IMG/VR virus record: IMGVR_UViG_3300032272_000006
Span: 19,754-83,753 of that record
Reading direction: 5' to 3' (one strand)
DNA length: 64,000 bases
Source: a virus
Taxonomy: Duplodnaviria > Caudoviricetes
This document shows, piece after piece, positions 36,566 through 46,490 of this stretch; position 1 is the stretch's first letter; every line of letters starts with the position of its first letter. Under the pieces are notes generated by a model that worked only from the letters and a program-made list of their open reading frames with translations, was not told the origin of the DNA and did no database searches. The position numbers and the translations under genes are program-made.

Positions 36566-37520
36566 GAAAGTACGTCTCGACCACGCAACGGTCGAAGCCG
36601 CCGTCCAGAAGATGTTCAACAACATCGTTGACACGGTTCCCGGCTACTCATTGAACGTCTACGGAATCCCGCGCGGCGGAATCCCTATCGCGTACCTGTT
36701 CAAATCCATTTGCGAGAAGACATGCAAGTTCGCCGTCTCGGTCGTCGATGATCCCACCGAAGCAGATATCTTCGTGGACGACATCTACGACACAGGCAAG
36801 ACCGCTAAACGGTACGCCGACGAGTATGGCAAGCCTGTGTTCTGGGCGTTCGACAAAGCGCACGAGGAGGGCCCCGACCTATTTGGAATGAAGGTGCCCA
36901 AAGACAAATGGATTGTCTTCCCTTGGGAGGTGTCCGACGACCACGAAGAGGCCGGCGAGGATACGGTCACCCGCATGCTATCAAGGATAGGAGAAGACCC
37001 TAATCGTGAAGGCCTTTTGGAAACACCTGCTCGCGTTGTTAAAGCGTGGAATACATGGTTCGGCGGTTATGGTGTGGAACCAAGCTCTGTTCTCAAAGTA
37101 TTCAAGGATGGCTCGGAAGGCGTTGACGAGATGGTGCTGGAAACCGATATACCGGTTTACTCGCACTGCGAGCACCACCTTGCTCCTATATTCGGCGTTG
37201 CTCATGTCGGGTATATTCCTAATGGGGGCGTTGTTGGGCTTTCTAAGCTTGTGCGCCTTGTTGACGTGTTCGCGCGTCGTCTGCAGGTGCAAGAGCGCCT
37301 TACCAACCAGATCGCGGACGCACTCCAAGAAGAGTTGGGTGCGCTTGGTGTGGGAGTTGTCCTGCAGTGCCGTCACTTCTGCATGGAATCGCGCGGCGTT
37401 AAATCGTCGGGCGTGATCACGACCACGTCCGCCTTACGCGGTGCGCTCAAAGACGAGCACGACGCCCGGGCGGAATTTCTTTCCCTGATCAACATGACTC
37501 GAAAAGGTGGACCATTATGA
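36558..37520 (+). CDS. folE: Fusion: Gpt-like phosphoribosyltransferase plus GTP cyclohydrolase I
   Basis: N-terminal [23 protein letters not shown]; C-terminal [46 protein letters not shown]. Confidence 0.92.
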   Translation: MVEKVRLDHATVEAAVQKMFNNIVDTVPGYSLNVYGIPRGGIPIAYLFKSICEKTCKFAVSVVDDPTEADIFVDDIYDTGKTAKRYADEYGKPVFWAFDKAHEEGPDLFGMKVPKDKWIVFPWEVSDDHEEAGEDTVTRMLSRIGEDPNREGLLETPARVVKAWNTWFGGYGVEPSSVLKVFKDGSEGVDEMVLETDIPVYSHCEHHLAPIFGVAHVGYIPNGGVVGLSKLVRLVDVFARRLQVQERLTNQIADALQEELGALGVGVVLQCRHFCMESRGVKSSGVITTTSALRGALKDEHDARAEFLSLINMTRKGGPL

Positions 37521-38320
37521 CCGAGAAGCTTTCCGAGACGAAAGGTCTTAAGAAGCTAGGCAGCGCTACCGAGTACGTCTATGACGGCGCGGACAAGGAG
37601 CTCCTCGAACGCTTCCCGAACCCTTTGAAGAAAGGGCCGGGTGTAGGATCAGTCGAGATCGTCGCTCCGGAGTTCACGTCCCTTTGCCCACTGACGGGAC
37701 AGCCCGACTTCGCCACCATCGTCGTCGAGTACGTCCCGCGGACGTGGTGCGTTGAGTCGAAGGCTTGGAAAATGTATCTCGGGTCCTTCCGTAACTTCGG
37801 CGAGTTCCACGAGTCCTGCGTCCGTCGAATAGCGAATGACTTGATCGAATTGCTCGATCCTCACTTCCTCAAGATCGAGGGCCAGTTCACGCCGCGAGGT
37901 GGTATACCGTTCTGGCCTACTGTCGAGTACACGCGCCCAGAAATCGCTTTCGAGTTCAAAGAGACGCCCGGCGTCCTCGAAGACAAAAATGTCTTTTTCC
38001 TCGGTGAGTCGACTTTCGAGAAATGCGAACACTCCAAGACCAGTGACTGCCTCCTTGCACGCCAAGGCGTATTGTTGGGCACAGCCGAAGTCGCCGAGAT
38101 CGAGGTTGGCTTGTTTGACGAGATGGCTCGCAAGTACGCGGCCGGGAACTACGCTGTTGCTGATCGGGCACGCCTCAAGGAGTTCCTGGAGGAGACGACC
38201 GAGTACGCAATTGACGACGAGACGGTGGTCACCGTCGTGTGGTTCAAGAACGTTACCATCTTCGAGGAGGCTCAGGAGCTCGGCGACGCGTCTAGCATCG
38301 TTCCTCTGCATAAGGACTGA
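37517..38320 (+). CDS. queF: PreQ0 reductase QueF with a C-terminal extra domain (ASCH-like)
   Basis: [15 protein letters not shown] (catalytic Cys and Asp), ESKAWKMY QueF motif, FHESC; about 125 aa extension. Confidence 0.88.
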   Translation: MTEKLSETKGLKKLGSATEYVYDGADKELLERFPNPLKKGPGVGSVEIVAPEFTSLCPLTGQPDFATIVVEYVPRTWCVESKAWKMYLGSFRNFGEFHESCVRRIANDLIELLDPHFLKIEGQFTPRGGIPFWPTVEYTRPEIAFEFKETPGVLEDKNVFFLGESTFEKCEHSKTSDCLLARQGVLLGTAEVAEIEVGLFDEMARKYAAGNYAVADRARLKEFLEETTEYAIDDETVVTVVWFKNVTIFEEAQELGDASSIVPLHKD

Positions 38321-38324
38321 TCCC

Positions 38325-38984
38325 ATGGCAATGGTCGACTCGCTCGACAAGATTATTTCTATCTACGTCGCCTGCGTTGCGGCGGAGTCGTTCGAGTATA
38401 AGGGCAAGGTTTACAATCCCAAGCCCCTGCAGGTGTCGCCTTTGATTTTCAGGGGCTTCACTTGCCCGGCTGGGTGTGGTGGATGCTGCCCACGATTCTC
38501 ACTCGACTATTTGCCTTACGAGGACCTTCCTGATCTCGATTTGCAGCCGCGAGTTATAGAGGTGATCACGACAAACGGCGTCCAAGAAGTCAAGATCCTG
38601 TCCGACAAGCAGGACGACCACAAGAATCACCACTGCCGCAACCTCAACTTGGATGACGGGCGGTGCGGTATTCACGGTCGGCAGCCGTTCTCGTGCGACT
38701 TCGAATTGATCCGGTTTCTCGAGTTCGCTCCTACCGAGGTCAGAGATGCGCGGAGCGTCGTCACCCAGAAGTTATTCGGGCGAGGATGGGCGATGCTTCG
38801 AGTTGATGGAGAGCGAGGCGCTCTGTGCGAGATGACACCGGCGGACGCTCATACCCAGGCCGAGACTCTGCGGAAACTTCGCCGCCTTCAAGAATGGTCG
38901 GCACATTTTGGAATCCGTACTAAACTCGGGACGATTATGGAATGGGTCGCTTCGGGCCCGCACAACGAACCACTGGTAGTATAG
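38325..38984 (+). CDS. YkgJ/CxxCxxCC-like cysteine-cluster protein
   Basis: CPAGCGGCC...CRNL...GRCGIHGRQPFSC; start set at ATG 38325. Confidence 0.7.
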   Translation: MAMVDSLDKIISIYVACVAAESFEYKGKVYNPKPLQVSPLIFRGFTCPAGCGGCCPRFSLDYLPYEDLPDLDLQPRVIEVITTNGVQEVKILSDKQDDHKNHHCRNLNLDDGRCGIHGRQPFSCDFELIRFLEFAPTEVRDARSVVTQKLFGRGWAMLRVDGERGALCEMTPADAHTQAETLRKLRRLQEWSAHFGIRTKLGTIMEWVASGPHNEPLVV

Positions 38985-38993
38985 GAGGGCGCT

Positions 38994-39230
38994 ATGTTTG
39001 GTGCAGTCAAAGAAAAGATTGAGGAGCGCAAGCGAGTGCTGGCGCATCTCATGACTTCACTCGAGAAGTGGAGAGCGTCTGACCGTTTAAACGCGGAGCC
39101 TGGCACGCCTCGAAGTCACCTTCTGACAGACGAGGAAAAGGAACTCGCCCACGCCTACGATCTGCTCCAGAACTTAATTGGGCAGGTCCAGAAAGAGAAG
39201 CCCGGCGGGAACGTAGACATTTCCTGCTGA
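38994..39230 (+). CDS. Hypothetical protein
   Basis: GGAGG RBS. Confidence 0.6.
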   Translation: MFGAVKEKIEERKRVLAHLMTSLEKWRASDRLNAEPGTPRSHLLTDEEKELAHAYDLLQNLIGQVQKEKPGGNVDISC

Positions 39231-39259
39231 TATATAACGCATCAAAGGACCCGAATGGT

Positions 39260-40300
39260 ATGTTCTTCTATATGAGCGGCACGCCCCGCAACGACGTTCT
39301 GCAACGCCAGGAAAATAGCCTTTGCTCGCATCGCCTATTCTCACTTCATGGTGACTACCAGCGAGCGGTTCACAAATGGCTTGACGACGTTCTGGAAGAT
39401 CCTTCGCACCCCTACCCTCGTTCGATCATGCTCGATTCCGGCGCCTTCACGGCGTGGAACGCGGGCGGCGAGGTAACGGTGGACGAAGTGTTCGACTCCT
39501 ACAGCCGGTTCGAGGAAAAGTGCGGCGACCTGTTCGATGAAATCTGGATGGTCAACCTCGATAAGATCCCAGGCAAGCGAGGCGAAGATCCTACCGTCCA
39601 AGAGATCAACGATGCCTTGAGGATCTCGGATATCAACTACAAGAAATTGGTCGACCGTTTCGGTGAACGAATCTTGCCGGTGTATCATCAAGGCGAGGAT
39701 ACAGGGCGGCTTCTCGAACTTGCTAGCATGGCAAAGTACATTTGTGTCTCGCCTCGAAATGACATGCCCGAGTTGAAACGAGCCAAGTGGGCGGGTGAGA
39801 AACACAAAGCCCTCGACAAGCACGCGCCTGGGACGATGACTCACGGTCTCGCGACGACGGGCAACAACATGCTACGAGACGTGAAGTGGACGTCCGTCGA
39901 TTCCGCGGCCTGGATCCTTCACGCTGGTTTTGGTAAGGTTGACATTTTCGAAGGCGACCGGTATCGGAATTACTTCGTGTCGGATGATCCTCGCAAGGCC
40001 GGGTTGATGAACCAGCATTGGGGCGCCCAGATCAGCAACAACCCCGAGACAGGTGCTGTGGAAGTAGCCGTGCCCGAGGCGGTAGAGCGGGGTGGTAAAT
40101 TGATTGGTCCTGGCATGCCTACGTCCCAGCGACTGCGCATCCGAGAACGCATCGAGAAGTATGGCTTCAACACCGAGGAGATCGTCACAAACTCCCGGGC
40201 CCGGTCAATTGTCTGCATGGGCGAACTAGCTGACTATTGCCGCTGGGCAACAGAATACCAAAAACGAAAGACGCGGCAAGACGGCCTGGGTCTAGATTGA
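39260..40300 (+). CDS. dpdA: TGT-like DNA 7-deazaguanine transglycosylase
   Basis: MLDSGAFTAW, NLDKIPG, LPVYHQGE, HGLA, SVDSAAW; lies in the que cluster; no bacterial TGT Zn motif seen. Confidence 0.82.
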   Translation: MFFYMSGTPRNDVLQRQENSLCSHRLFSLHGDYQRAVHKWLDDVLEDPSHPYPRSIMLDSGAFTAWNAGGEVTVDEVFDSYSRFEEKCGDLFDEIWMVNLDKIPGKRGEDPTVQEINDALRISDINYKKLVDRFGERILPVYHQGEDTGRLLELASMAKYICVSPRNDMPELKRAKWAGEKHKALDKHAPGTMTHGLATTGNNMLRDVKWTSVDSAAWILHAGFGKVDIFEGDRYRNYFVSDDPRKAGLMNQHWGAQISNNPETGAVEVAVPEAVERGGKLIGPGMPTSQRLRIRERIEKYGFNTEEIVTNSRARSIVCMGELADYCRWATEYQKRKTRQDGLGLD

Positions 40301-40443
40301 TGGCGACGAAAAAGAAAGGCGTCCTTGCAACGTCAGGCGAATGGTGGAAGCACCTTCGTTGGACGAAACGATCCTTCTGGAAAAAGAACCGGCGGCTCGA
40401 GCGCAAGGCAGTACAGGAGTTGCGCGATGCAATGGACCGCTGA
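40300..40443 (+). CDS. Small basic hypothetical protein
   Basis: TGATG coupling; Lys/Arg/Trp-rich 47 aa. Confidence 0.5.
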   Translation: MATKKKGVLATSGEWWKHLRWTKRSFWKKNRRLERKAVQELRDAMDR

Positions 40444-41644
40444 GCAAGAAGGCGCCCTGCAGGCCGTCGAGCATTGGTTCCGTAATAAGACGTCTCCCTC
40501 GTTCTACCTTGCGGGTTATGCCGGGACGGGCAAGACGACTCTCGCGCGTCACTTCGCTGAAAATTGCTCAGGCGTCGTCAAGTTCGCAGCGTTCACGGGC
40601 AAGGCCGCTTCCGTCTTGAGGAAGAAAGGTTGCCCCGGCGCAACGACGATCCACTCGCTGATCTATCGACCAGTCGGTCAGACGAACGAGAAGCAGCGAC
40701 GGTCGTTGGAAATCCTTATCGAGGTCGAGGAGAACAAAGACAAGGCCGACCGTGACCCGATGGTCGAGACGTGGCGCAAAGAACTTGCCGACCTCACCGC
40801 ACGTTCGCGCGCCATGTTCGAACTGCGCAAGGAAGGCGAGACCGAGATAATGGAAGCCGACTTGGTCATCATCGACGAATGCTCGACCGTCGATGTTAAG
40901 ATGGGCGCTGACCTCGAAGGATTTGGCGTCCCGATCTTGTACCTCGGCGATCCTGGGCAGCTCCCGCCCGTCAATGGCAAAGGCCTGCTCGCGAAGCGTC
41001 GTCCCGACTATACCCTCGAGGAGATTCATCGCCAGGCGAAGGACTCGCCCATCATCTGGCTTGCCCACGAGATCAGGCAAGGCCGGAAGACGGCTTTTGG
41101 CTCGTTCGGAGACGGGCAAGTTGAAATTCTTAAGAAGCGCGAGTGGGATTGGCAGCGCGCAATCGAATCCGATCAAATGATCTGCGGCATGAACAAGACG
41201 AGACGTCGTTTAAACGCAGGCGCCCGGGAGCGCCTTGGCTTCGATAAGCTCTACCCGCTGGTCGACGACAAACTGATCTGCCTCAACAACGACCACGACG
41301 AAGGCCTACTCAACGGCGTCACTTGCTCGATGCTTGCCGACTCGATCAAGAAAGGAAACCTGCTCGAGGCGCGTATCGACTACGAAGGCATGAGAATGCT
41401 CCACTACATCGACCCTGGGCACTTCGAGGAGAACTACCAGAAGCGTTTATCCTACCCAAAATACGACACCGTCCAGCACTTCGATTATGGCTACGCTATC
41501 ACGGGGCACAAGTCGCAGGGGTCCCAGTGGCCGAGCATCGTCGTCTGTGACGATAAGATGAGGGCGGACGATGTTGTTCATAGACGGCAATGGCTCTATA
41601 CTGTCGTCACAAGGGCCGAGGAAGGCCTAACCGTCTATGCCTGA
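40427..41644 (+). CDS. Dda/RecD-like SF1B helicase
   Basis: GYAGTGKTT, IIDECS, GDPGQLPPV, YAITGHKSQGSQW. Confidence 0.9.
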   Translation: MQWTAEQEGALQAVEHWFRNKTSPSFYLAGYAGTGKTTLARHFAENCSGVVKFAAFTGKAASVLRKKGCPGATTIHSLIYRPVGQTNEKQRRSLEILIEVEENKDKADRDPMVETWRKELADLTARSRAMFELRKEGETEIMEADLVIIDECSTVDVKMGADLEGFGVPILYLGDPGQLPPVNGKGLLAKRRPDYTLEEIHRQAKDSPIIWLAHEIRQGRKTAFGSFGDGQVEILKKREWDWQRAIESDQMICGMNKTRRRLNAGARERLGFDKLYPLVDDKLICLNNDHDEGLLNGVTCSMLADSIKKGNLLEARIDYEGMRMLHYIDPGHFEENYQKRLSYPKYDTVQHFDYGYAITGHKSQGSQWPSIVVCDDKMRADDVVHRRQWLYTVVTRAEEGLTVYA

Positions 41645-41948
41645 GGAAAACATGCCATTCCCAGAAAGTGTTCGCGTCAAGTACGAGGTGTTCTTAACCT
41701 CGAGCGATGCGGATGCCACTTTCGTTGTATCGTCGCCCCGGCTTGCCGGCACGCTTCGAACCGACCAGATCAATGACTACGTCGAGGAACGCATCGGTGA
41801 AGTCATCAAGACCCTAAATGAATTGCAAGGCGTCACCGACTTCCGCCTCATGAACGGAACAGAAGTCGAGTGCTTCGTGCGAGGGTTCCACAAGCACAAT
41901 CTACTCAATCCAGAGGAATATGATGCTGACATTGGTTTTCGACACTGA
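41637..41948 (+). CDS. Hypothetical protein
   Basis: ORF coupled to its neighbours. Confidence 0.5.
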   Translation: MPEENMPFPESVRVKYEVFLTSSDADATFVVSSPRLAGTLRTDQINDYVEERIGEVIKTLNELQGVTDFRLMNGTEVECFVRGFHKHNLLNPEEYDADIGFRH

Positions 41949-42522
41949 GACGACGGGCAAGGCCGACTTCAAAGCGGCAAAGCTGAACCGCCTCCACTGC
42001 CAACCCTACATTGTCCAACTTGGCGCGATCCTTTACGAGGACCAGCAGGTCGTTGCCGAACTCAACCTGATCGTTGATCCGTCCTACAAAGGAACTCGAG
42101 TCGAGGTGCCGCAGGAGGCAATTGACGTCCACGGGATCAGCAACGAGATGATCGAAGCGGCCAGTTTCGACCATAAGGTGGTCATTCCGATGTTCAATCA
42201 ACTTGTCCGCAAGGCTGACCGGCTCGTCGCTCACAACATGCAGTTCGACTTGCTTATGGCTCGGTCGATGTTCACGCGGATCGCCGCCTCGCACGATACT
42301 CTCCTAGGTGTGCCTAAGGTTTGCACTATGTTGTCCGCCAAGCCTGTGCTAAAGTTGCCGGGTAAATACGGCGACTACAAATGGCCGTCACTCGACGAGG
42401 CCTACCGCACTTTGCTTGATGCGGATGGGTTCGAGGGCGCTCATGATGCGATGGTCGACGTCCGAGCAGCGGCCGCTGTCCTCTTCGCTTTGGAAGACGC
42501 CGGTCACCCACTAACGCACTAA
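41920..42522 (+). CDS. DEDDh 3'-5' exonuclease (DnaQ-like)
   Basis: FDTETTG, AHNMQFD, AHDAMVD. Confidence 0.9.
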   Translation: MMLTLVFDTETTGKADFKAAKLNRLHCQPYIVQLGAILYEDQQVVAELNLIVDPSYKGTRVEVPQEAIDVHGISNEMIEAASFDHKVVIPMFNQLVRKADRLVAHNMQFDLLMARSMFTRIAASHDTLLGVPKVCTMLSAKPVLKLPGKYGDYKWPSLDEAYRTLLDADGFEGAHDAMVDVRAAAAVLFALEDAGHPLTH

Positions 42523-42531
42523 GGAGTCACC

Positions 42532-43479
42532 ATGTCGCTCGCTTCGCAGTTCCGAAAAATCCGCAAAGTGTTCTCGACGTTCAACGCCGGGAACATCAAC
42601 CGCGTTGCCGTCATGGATGGACGAATTTTCGCGACGGACGACCGCATCATCGTTTCCACACCGTTTGATAGCGACCTATCGTTTATGGTTGACGGTGAGA
42701 CGTTTGGGAAAGCCGTGACTCGCGACAAGGCAACGCTAACCATTGACGAAGCCGGGGACGTGATCGTAACAGCCGGCGTCTTCACTGCGTCGTTGGTAAC
42801 CAGCGAACCTGACCCGCGGATGCGCCCAGATGGTGAGTGGCAACCCTTGCCCAAGAACCTCTTGATGGCGTTCGAGGCGCTTCAGCCCTTCCAGTCGGAC
42901 GACGTGTCACGGGAATGGGCCTGTGCTATCACGATCAAGGACGGTCACCTGTTCGCGACCAACAACTACATCTTCGCCGTATGGGACGACGAGGACGCCG
43001 CGGACATGGACGTATCCTTCCCGGCCTGGGTCGTTGACTACATGCTCGATCTCGACGAGAAGCCGACTGGTCTTTGCGTCCATGACGATTGGATCGGGTT
43101 ACGGTTTGAGGATGACACCGAGATCCTTGCCTTCCGGTTGAGCCGCGAGATGGAACAGTCGGTCATGGACATGGGCCTCGCAATCGAGCGCGTAGGTGAG
43201 AAGATTCCTGAAGGTTGGAGGAAGATCCTTTCCGAGGTCGTCGAACAGCCAGGAGCGGACACCGTCGTCATAACGCCCACCCAGTTAATATGCGAGACAG
43301 ACAAAGGCACGTTGGTAGCGGAAATCGCATCACCGACGACGGTCGAATCTCAATTCTCGCCCAAGCTACTACTCACCGTCGTTGGGATTGCGACTCACAT
43401 TGACCTCGACGCAGCCCCTAATCCTTCTACTTGGTACGGCAACAACGTCCGGGGTCTCATAGCAGGGAAGACAGCGTAA
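42532..43479 (+). CDS. Beta sliding-clamp-like protein
   Basis: Repeated ATD/ATN beta-hairpin motifs (IFATDD, LFATNN), 315 aa, in the replication operon. Confidence 0.6.
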   Translation: MSLASQFRKIRKVFSTFNAGNINRVAVMDGRIFATDDRIIVSTPFDSDLSFMVDGETFGKAVTRDKATLTIDEAGDVIVTAGVFTASLVTSEPDPRMRPDGEWQPLPKNLLMAFEALQPFQSDDVSREWACAITIKDGHLFATNNYIFAVWDDEDAADMDVSFPAWVVDYMLDLDEKPTGLCVHDDWIGLRFEDDTEILAFRLSREMEQSVMDMGLAIERVGEKIPEGWRKILSEVVEQPGADTVVITPTQLICETDKGTLVAEIASPTTVESQFSPKLLLTVVGIATHIDLDAAPNPSTWYGNNVRGLIAGKTA

Positions 43480-43787
43480 TGAAATTCTCAGAATTTATGG
43501 GCAACTTGTTCAATCAGGTTGCACCCGTTCCGAAGCGCATGCCGCTCAAGACCGGTCGCCCTTGGAACGTCGGTCAAGACGGGCGTGTCTATCGGCATCC
43601 CGGCGTCGTCGTGGCGCGGAACATTCGCCAGCACGTCACGAAGGAAGGCAAGCCTTGTTTCCAAGCCGTCAAGGGCGGTAAGCGGCCACCCATCGCGACA
43701 ATGGTGCACCGCGCCGTGCCCGTCGAGGTCTTCAACGCCCGGAAAAGCGCAATCAAGAGAAAGGCAATGGGTCGCTATGTTTGGTAA
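43479..43787 (+). CDS. Small basic hypothetical protein
   Basis: TAATG coupling. Confidence 0.5.
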   Translation: MKFSEFMGNLFNQVAPVPKRMPLKTGRPWNVGQDGRVYRHPGVVVARNIRQHVTKEGKPCFQAVKGGKRPPIATMVHRAVPVEVFNARKSAIKRKAMGRYVW

Positions 43788-44496
43788 GAACACCCCACGC
43801 AGTCGTGAGCACGGCACCTCCCTTCAGTATCGGGAGGTGTTCTACACGATCCAGGGAGAGGGCCCATTCGCGGGTCGCCCTGCGACGTTCATCCGCCTAA
43901 CCGGCTGTAATCTCAAATGCTGGTTCTGCGATACTGAGTGGGACGACGAGAAAGACGCCTCGTTGAACTTTCAAGACATCGCGGACCTTGCACGAGACGC
44001 CTCGCCGCCTCATTCGACGCTCGCGGTTCTAACGGGCGGAGAGCCCATGCGTCAGGATTTGGGCCCGCTCATACAGGCTCTCCAGAGAAACGGGTTCTGT
44101 GACGTGCAGATCGAGACGGCTGGGTCATTCTGGCAGGCCTGCGTCCTTTGGCCAGGAGTGACGACCGTCATCTCACCCAAGACGGCGAAAGTCAACCCGG
44201 CCTTTAGGAAATACGATGCGAACTTCTTCTGGAAATACGTCCTCAAAGCCGGTGACATTGACCCAAGCGACGGCTTGCCTTCGGGCGAGTTTCAAAGAGC
44301 TGGGAATGGTGTTGGCGGAGGAGCTCCGGCTCGACCACCTGCTGACGCTATTGAGCAAGGTCGTGTCTCGCTTCAACCGATGGACGAGCACAATCTCAGC
44401 TCGATGGAAAACAACGCGAAGGCGGTAGCCAAGTCGGCCATGGAATTCGGCTACAACGCCGGCCTGCAGATGCACAAATACCTAATGGTTGACTGA
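43777..44496 (+). CDS. queE: 7-carboxy-7-deazaguanine synthase (radical SAM)
   Basis: FYTIQGEG, FIRLTGCNLKCWFCDT, LTGGEP, ISPK, SLQP, LQMHK. Confidence 0.93.
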   Translation: MFGKNTPRSREHGTSLQYREVFYTIQGEGPFAGRPATFIRLTGCNLKCWFCDTEWDDEKDASLNFQDIADLARDASPPHSTLAVLTGGEPMRQDLGPLIQALQRNGFCDVQIETAGSFWQACVLWPGVTTVISPKTAKVNPAFRKYDANFFWKYVLKAGDIDPSDGLPSGEFQRAGNGVGGGAPARPPADAIEQGRVSLQPMDEHNLSSMENNAKAVAKSAMEFGYNAGLQMHKYLMVD

Positions 44497-46490
44497 TGCC
44501 AACTGCCGGCGGAGGATTGATCTGGGAAGATCACGTTCACATTGAGAACACTCGAGGCAAGAAGGGTCTCGAGTTTCGCGCGAACGTCAGACCCCTAGAA
44601 GGGTATATGCCACCCGATGCACTTCGCAGTTTTTGCGAATTGCCGCGGATTGGATTCGACATTGAGACCCTGGACCCGGACATCAAGGCGAAGGGCCCGG
44701 GGGCTCACCGGGAAGACGGCTTCGTCACAGGCGCGGCCATTGCCTACGGGAAAGACGACGCGACGTACTACCCGACGCACCACGCCGGTCTCAACATGGT
44801 CGACCCAGACAGGTTCTACGACAACCTGCGAGAAGAGGCGCTCAAATTCCGCGGCGAGATGGTCGGTGCAAATCTGCAGTACGATCTCGACTGGATGTGG
44901 AAGCGGCACAATATCAAATTTCCGCACGCCAAAATCCGGGACGTCCAGACAGCGGAGCCTTTGCTCGACGAGAATAAGTTTTCCTACGCGCTCGATCTCC
45001 TAGGCGTCGAGTATGTCGGCGAAGGGAAGTCGAAGAACAACCTTCTCGAACACTACGGCCCTGGGTACATCGAGAACATGCACAACGTAGACGCCGGGCA
45101 CGCCTCTGAGTATGCGGAGCGTGATACGACGCTGCCTTGGGAGGTCCTGGACGAGCAGTACAAGGAGCTCGACAAGCAAGGCCTGACTGATCTGTTCCAC
45201 CTCGAGTCCCGCCTGACGCCTTTGCTCGTTCGGATGCGTCAGGAAGGCGTCCGCGTCGATCTCGATGCTGCGGAACGGGCTTGGGAGATGACGAAGGTCG
45301 AGGCCAAGAAGGCAGGCGAGGAGATCAAGCGCATCGCCGGGTTCTACGTTGAGCCATGGGCCGCGGAATCAATCGCCCGGGCGTTCGATAAGGAGAACAT
45401 CGAATACCCGCGGACAGCGCCGTCGAAGAATCATCCCAAAGGACAGCCCTCGTTCCGCAAAGCATGGCTCGAGGCGCACCCGTCGAAACTTGCCCGCCTG
45501 ATCGTTGACCAGCGCGGCTTCGACAAGATCGGTGGCACCTTCCTTCACAACTACATCCTGGAAGGCCATATCAACGGCCGCATCCATTCGATGTTCAATC
45601 AGTTGAAGTCGGACGGAGGTGGCACAGTGTCGGGTCGCTTCTCGTCGTCATATCCGAACCTTCAAAACATCCCGGTCAGGCATCCGATCCTAGGACCACT
45701 GTGTCGCTCGATCTTCATTCCCGAAGACGGCATGCTGTGGGGCTCGGCTGATTGGTCGCAGATCGAATACCGCTTCCTCGTTCACTACGCGGCGTTGCTT
45801 CGTGCCGAGGGCGCCTTGCGCGCCGTGCGCATGTACCACGACGACAAGCGGACAGATTTCCACAAACTCGCGTCCGAGATTTCAGGTGTGCCTCGCGGTG
45901 AAGCGAAGAGCATCAATTTCGGCGTTGTCTACGGCATGGGCGTTCCGACGATGGCGGTCAACTTGGGCGTTACGCTCGAGGAGGCGGAAGAGGTCCTCGA
46001 AACGTTCCACGGTGAGATGCCGTTCATGCGGTCGACGTACCGCACGGCATCCAGTCAGGCCGCTACGAAAGGTGAGATCAAAACAATCCTCGGGCGCAAG
46101 CGTCGGTTCCATCAATGGGAGTTCGGCGGTAAGATTTTCAAGTCGCAGGATGCGGCTCAGGAGTACCAGGCGCAGCAGGTTGCCGCAGGCAGACGCATCC
46201 GAGGCAATCCTCGTCGCGCGTTCACCCACAAGGCCCTCAATGCGTTGTTGCAAGGCTCAGCCGCTGACCTTATGAAGAAGGCCATGGTTGAGATGTACGA
46301 GGGCGGCGTCTTTGATGTCTTGGTCCCGCACCTTACCGTCCACGATGAAATGAACGTCTCGGTGCCCGACACGAAAGCGGGACGCGAGGCGTTTGCCGAA
46401 TTGACTCACATAATGGAATCCTCGCTCGAGCTCCGCGTTCCGGTATTGGCCGACGCGAAGACGGGCGCGAACTGGAAAGAGGCGCACTGA
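44496..46490 (+). CDS. polA: Family A DNA polymerase (3'-5' exonuclease plus polymerase domains)
   Basis: FDIET, SGRFSSSYPNLQNIP, DWSQIEYR, EAKSINFGVVYG, VHDE. Confidence 0.95.
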   Translation: MPTAGGGLIWEDHVHIENTRGKKGLEFRANVRPLEGYMPPDALRSFCELPRIGFDIETLDPDIKAKGPGAHREDGFVTGAAIAYGKDDATYYPTHHAGLNMVDPDRFYDNLREEALKFRGEMVGANLQYDLDWMWKRHNIKFPHAKIRDVQTAEPLLDENKFSYALDLLGVEYVGEGKSKNNLLEHYGPGYIENMHNVDAGHASEYAERDTTLPWEVLDEQYKELDKQGLTDLFHLESRLTPLLVRMRQEGVRVDLDAAERAWEMTKVEAKKAGEEIKRIAGFYVEPWAAESIARAFDKENIEYPRTAPSKNHPKGQPSFRKAWLEAHPSKLARLIVDQRGFDKIGGTFLHNYILEGHINGRIHSMFNQLKSDGGGTVSGRFSSSYPNLQNIPVRHPILGPLCRSIFIPEDGMLWGSADWSQIEYRFLVHYAALLRAEGALRAVRMYHDDKRTDFHKLASEISGVPRGEAKSINFGVVYGMGVPTMAVNLGVTLEEAEEVLETFHGEMPFMRSTYRTASSQAATKGEIKTILGRKRRFHQWEFGGKIFKSQDAAQEYQAQQVAAGRRIRGNPRRAFTHKALNALLQGSAADLMKKAMVEMYEGGVFDVLVPHLTVHDEMNVSVPDTKAGREAFAELTHIMESSLELRVPVLADAKTGANWKEAH

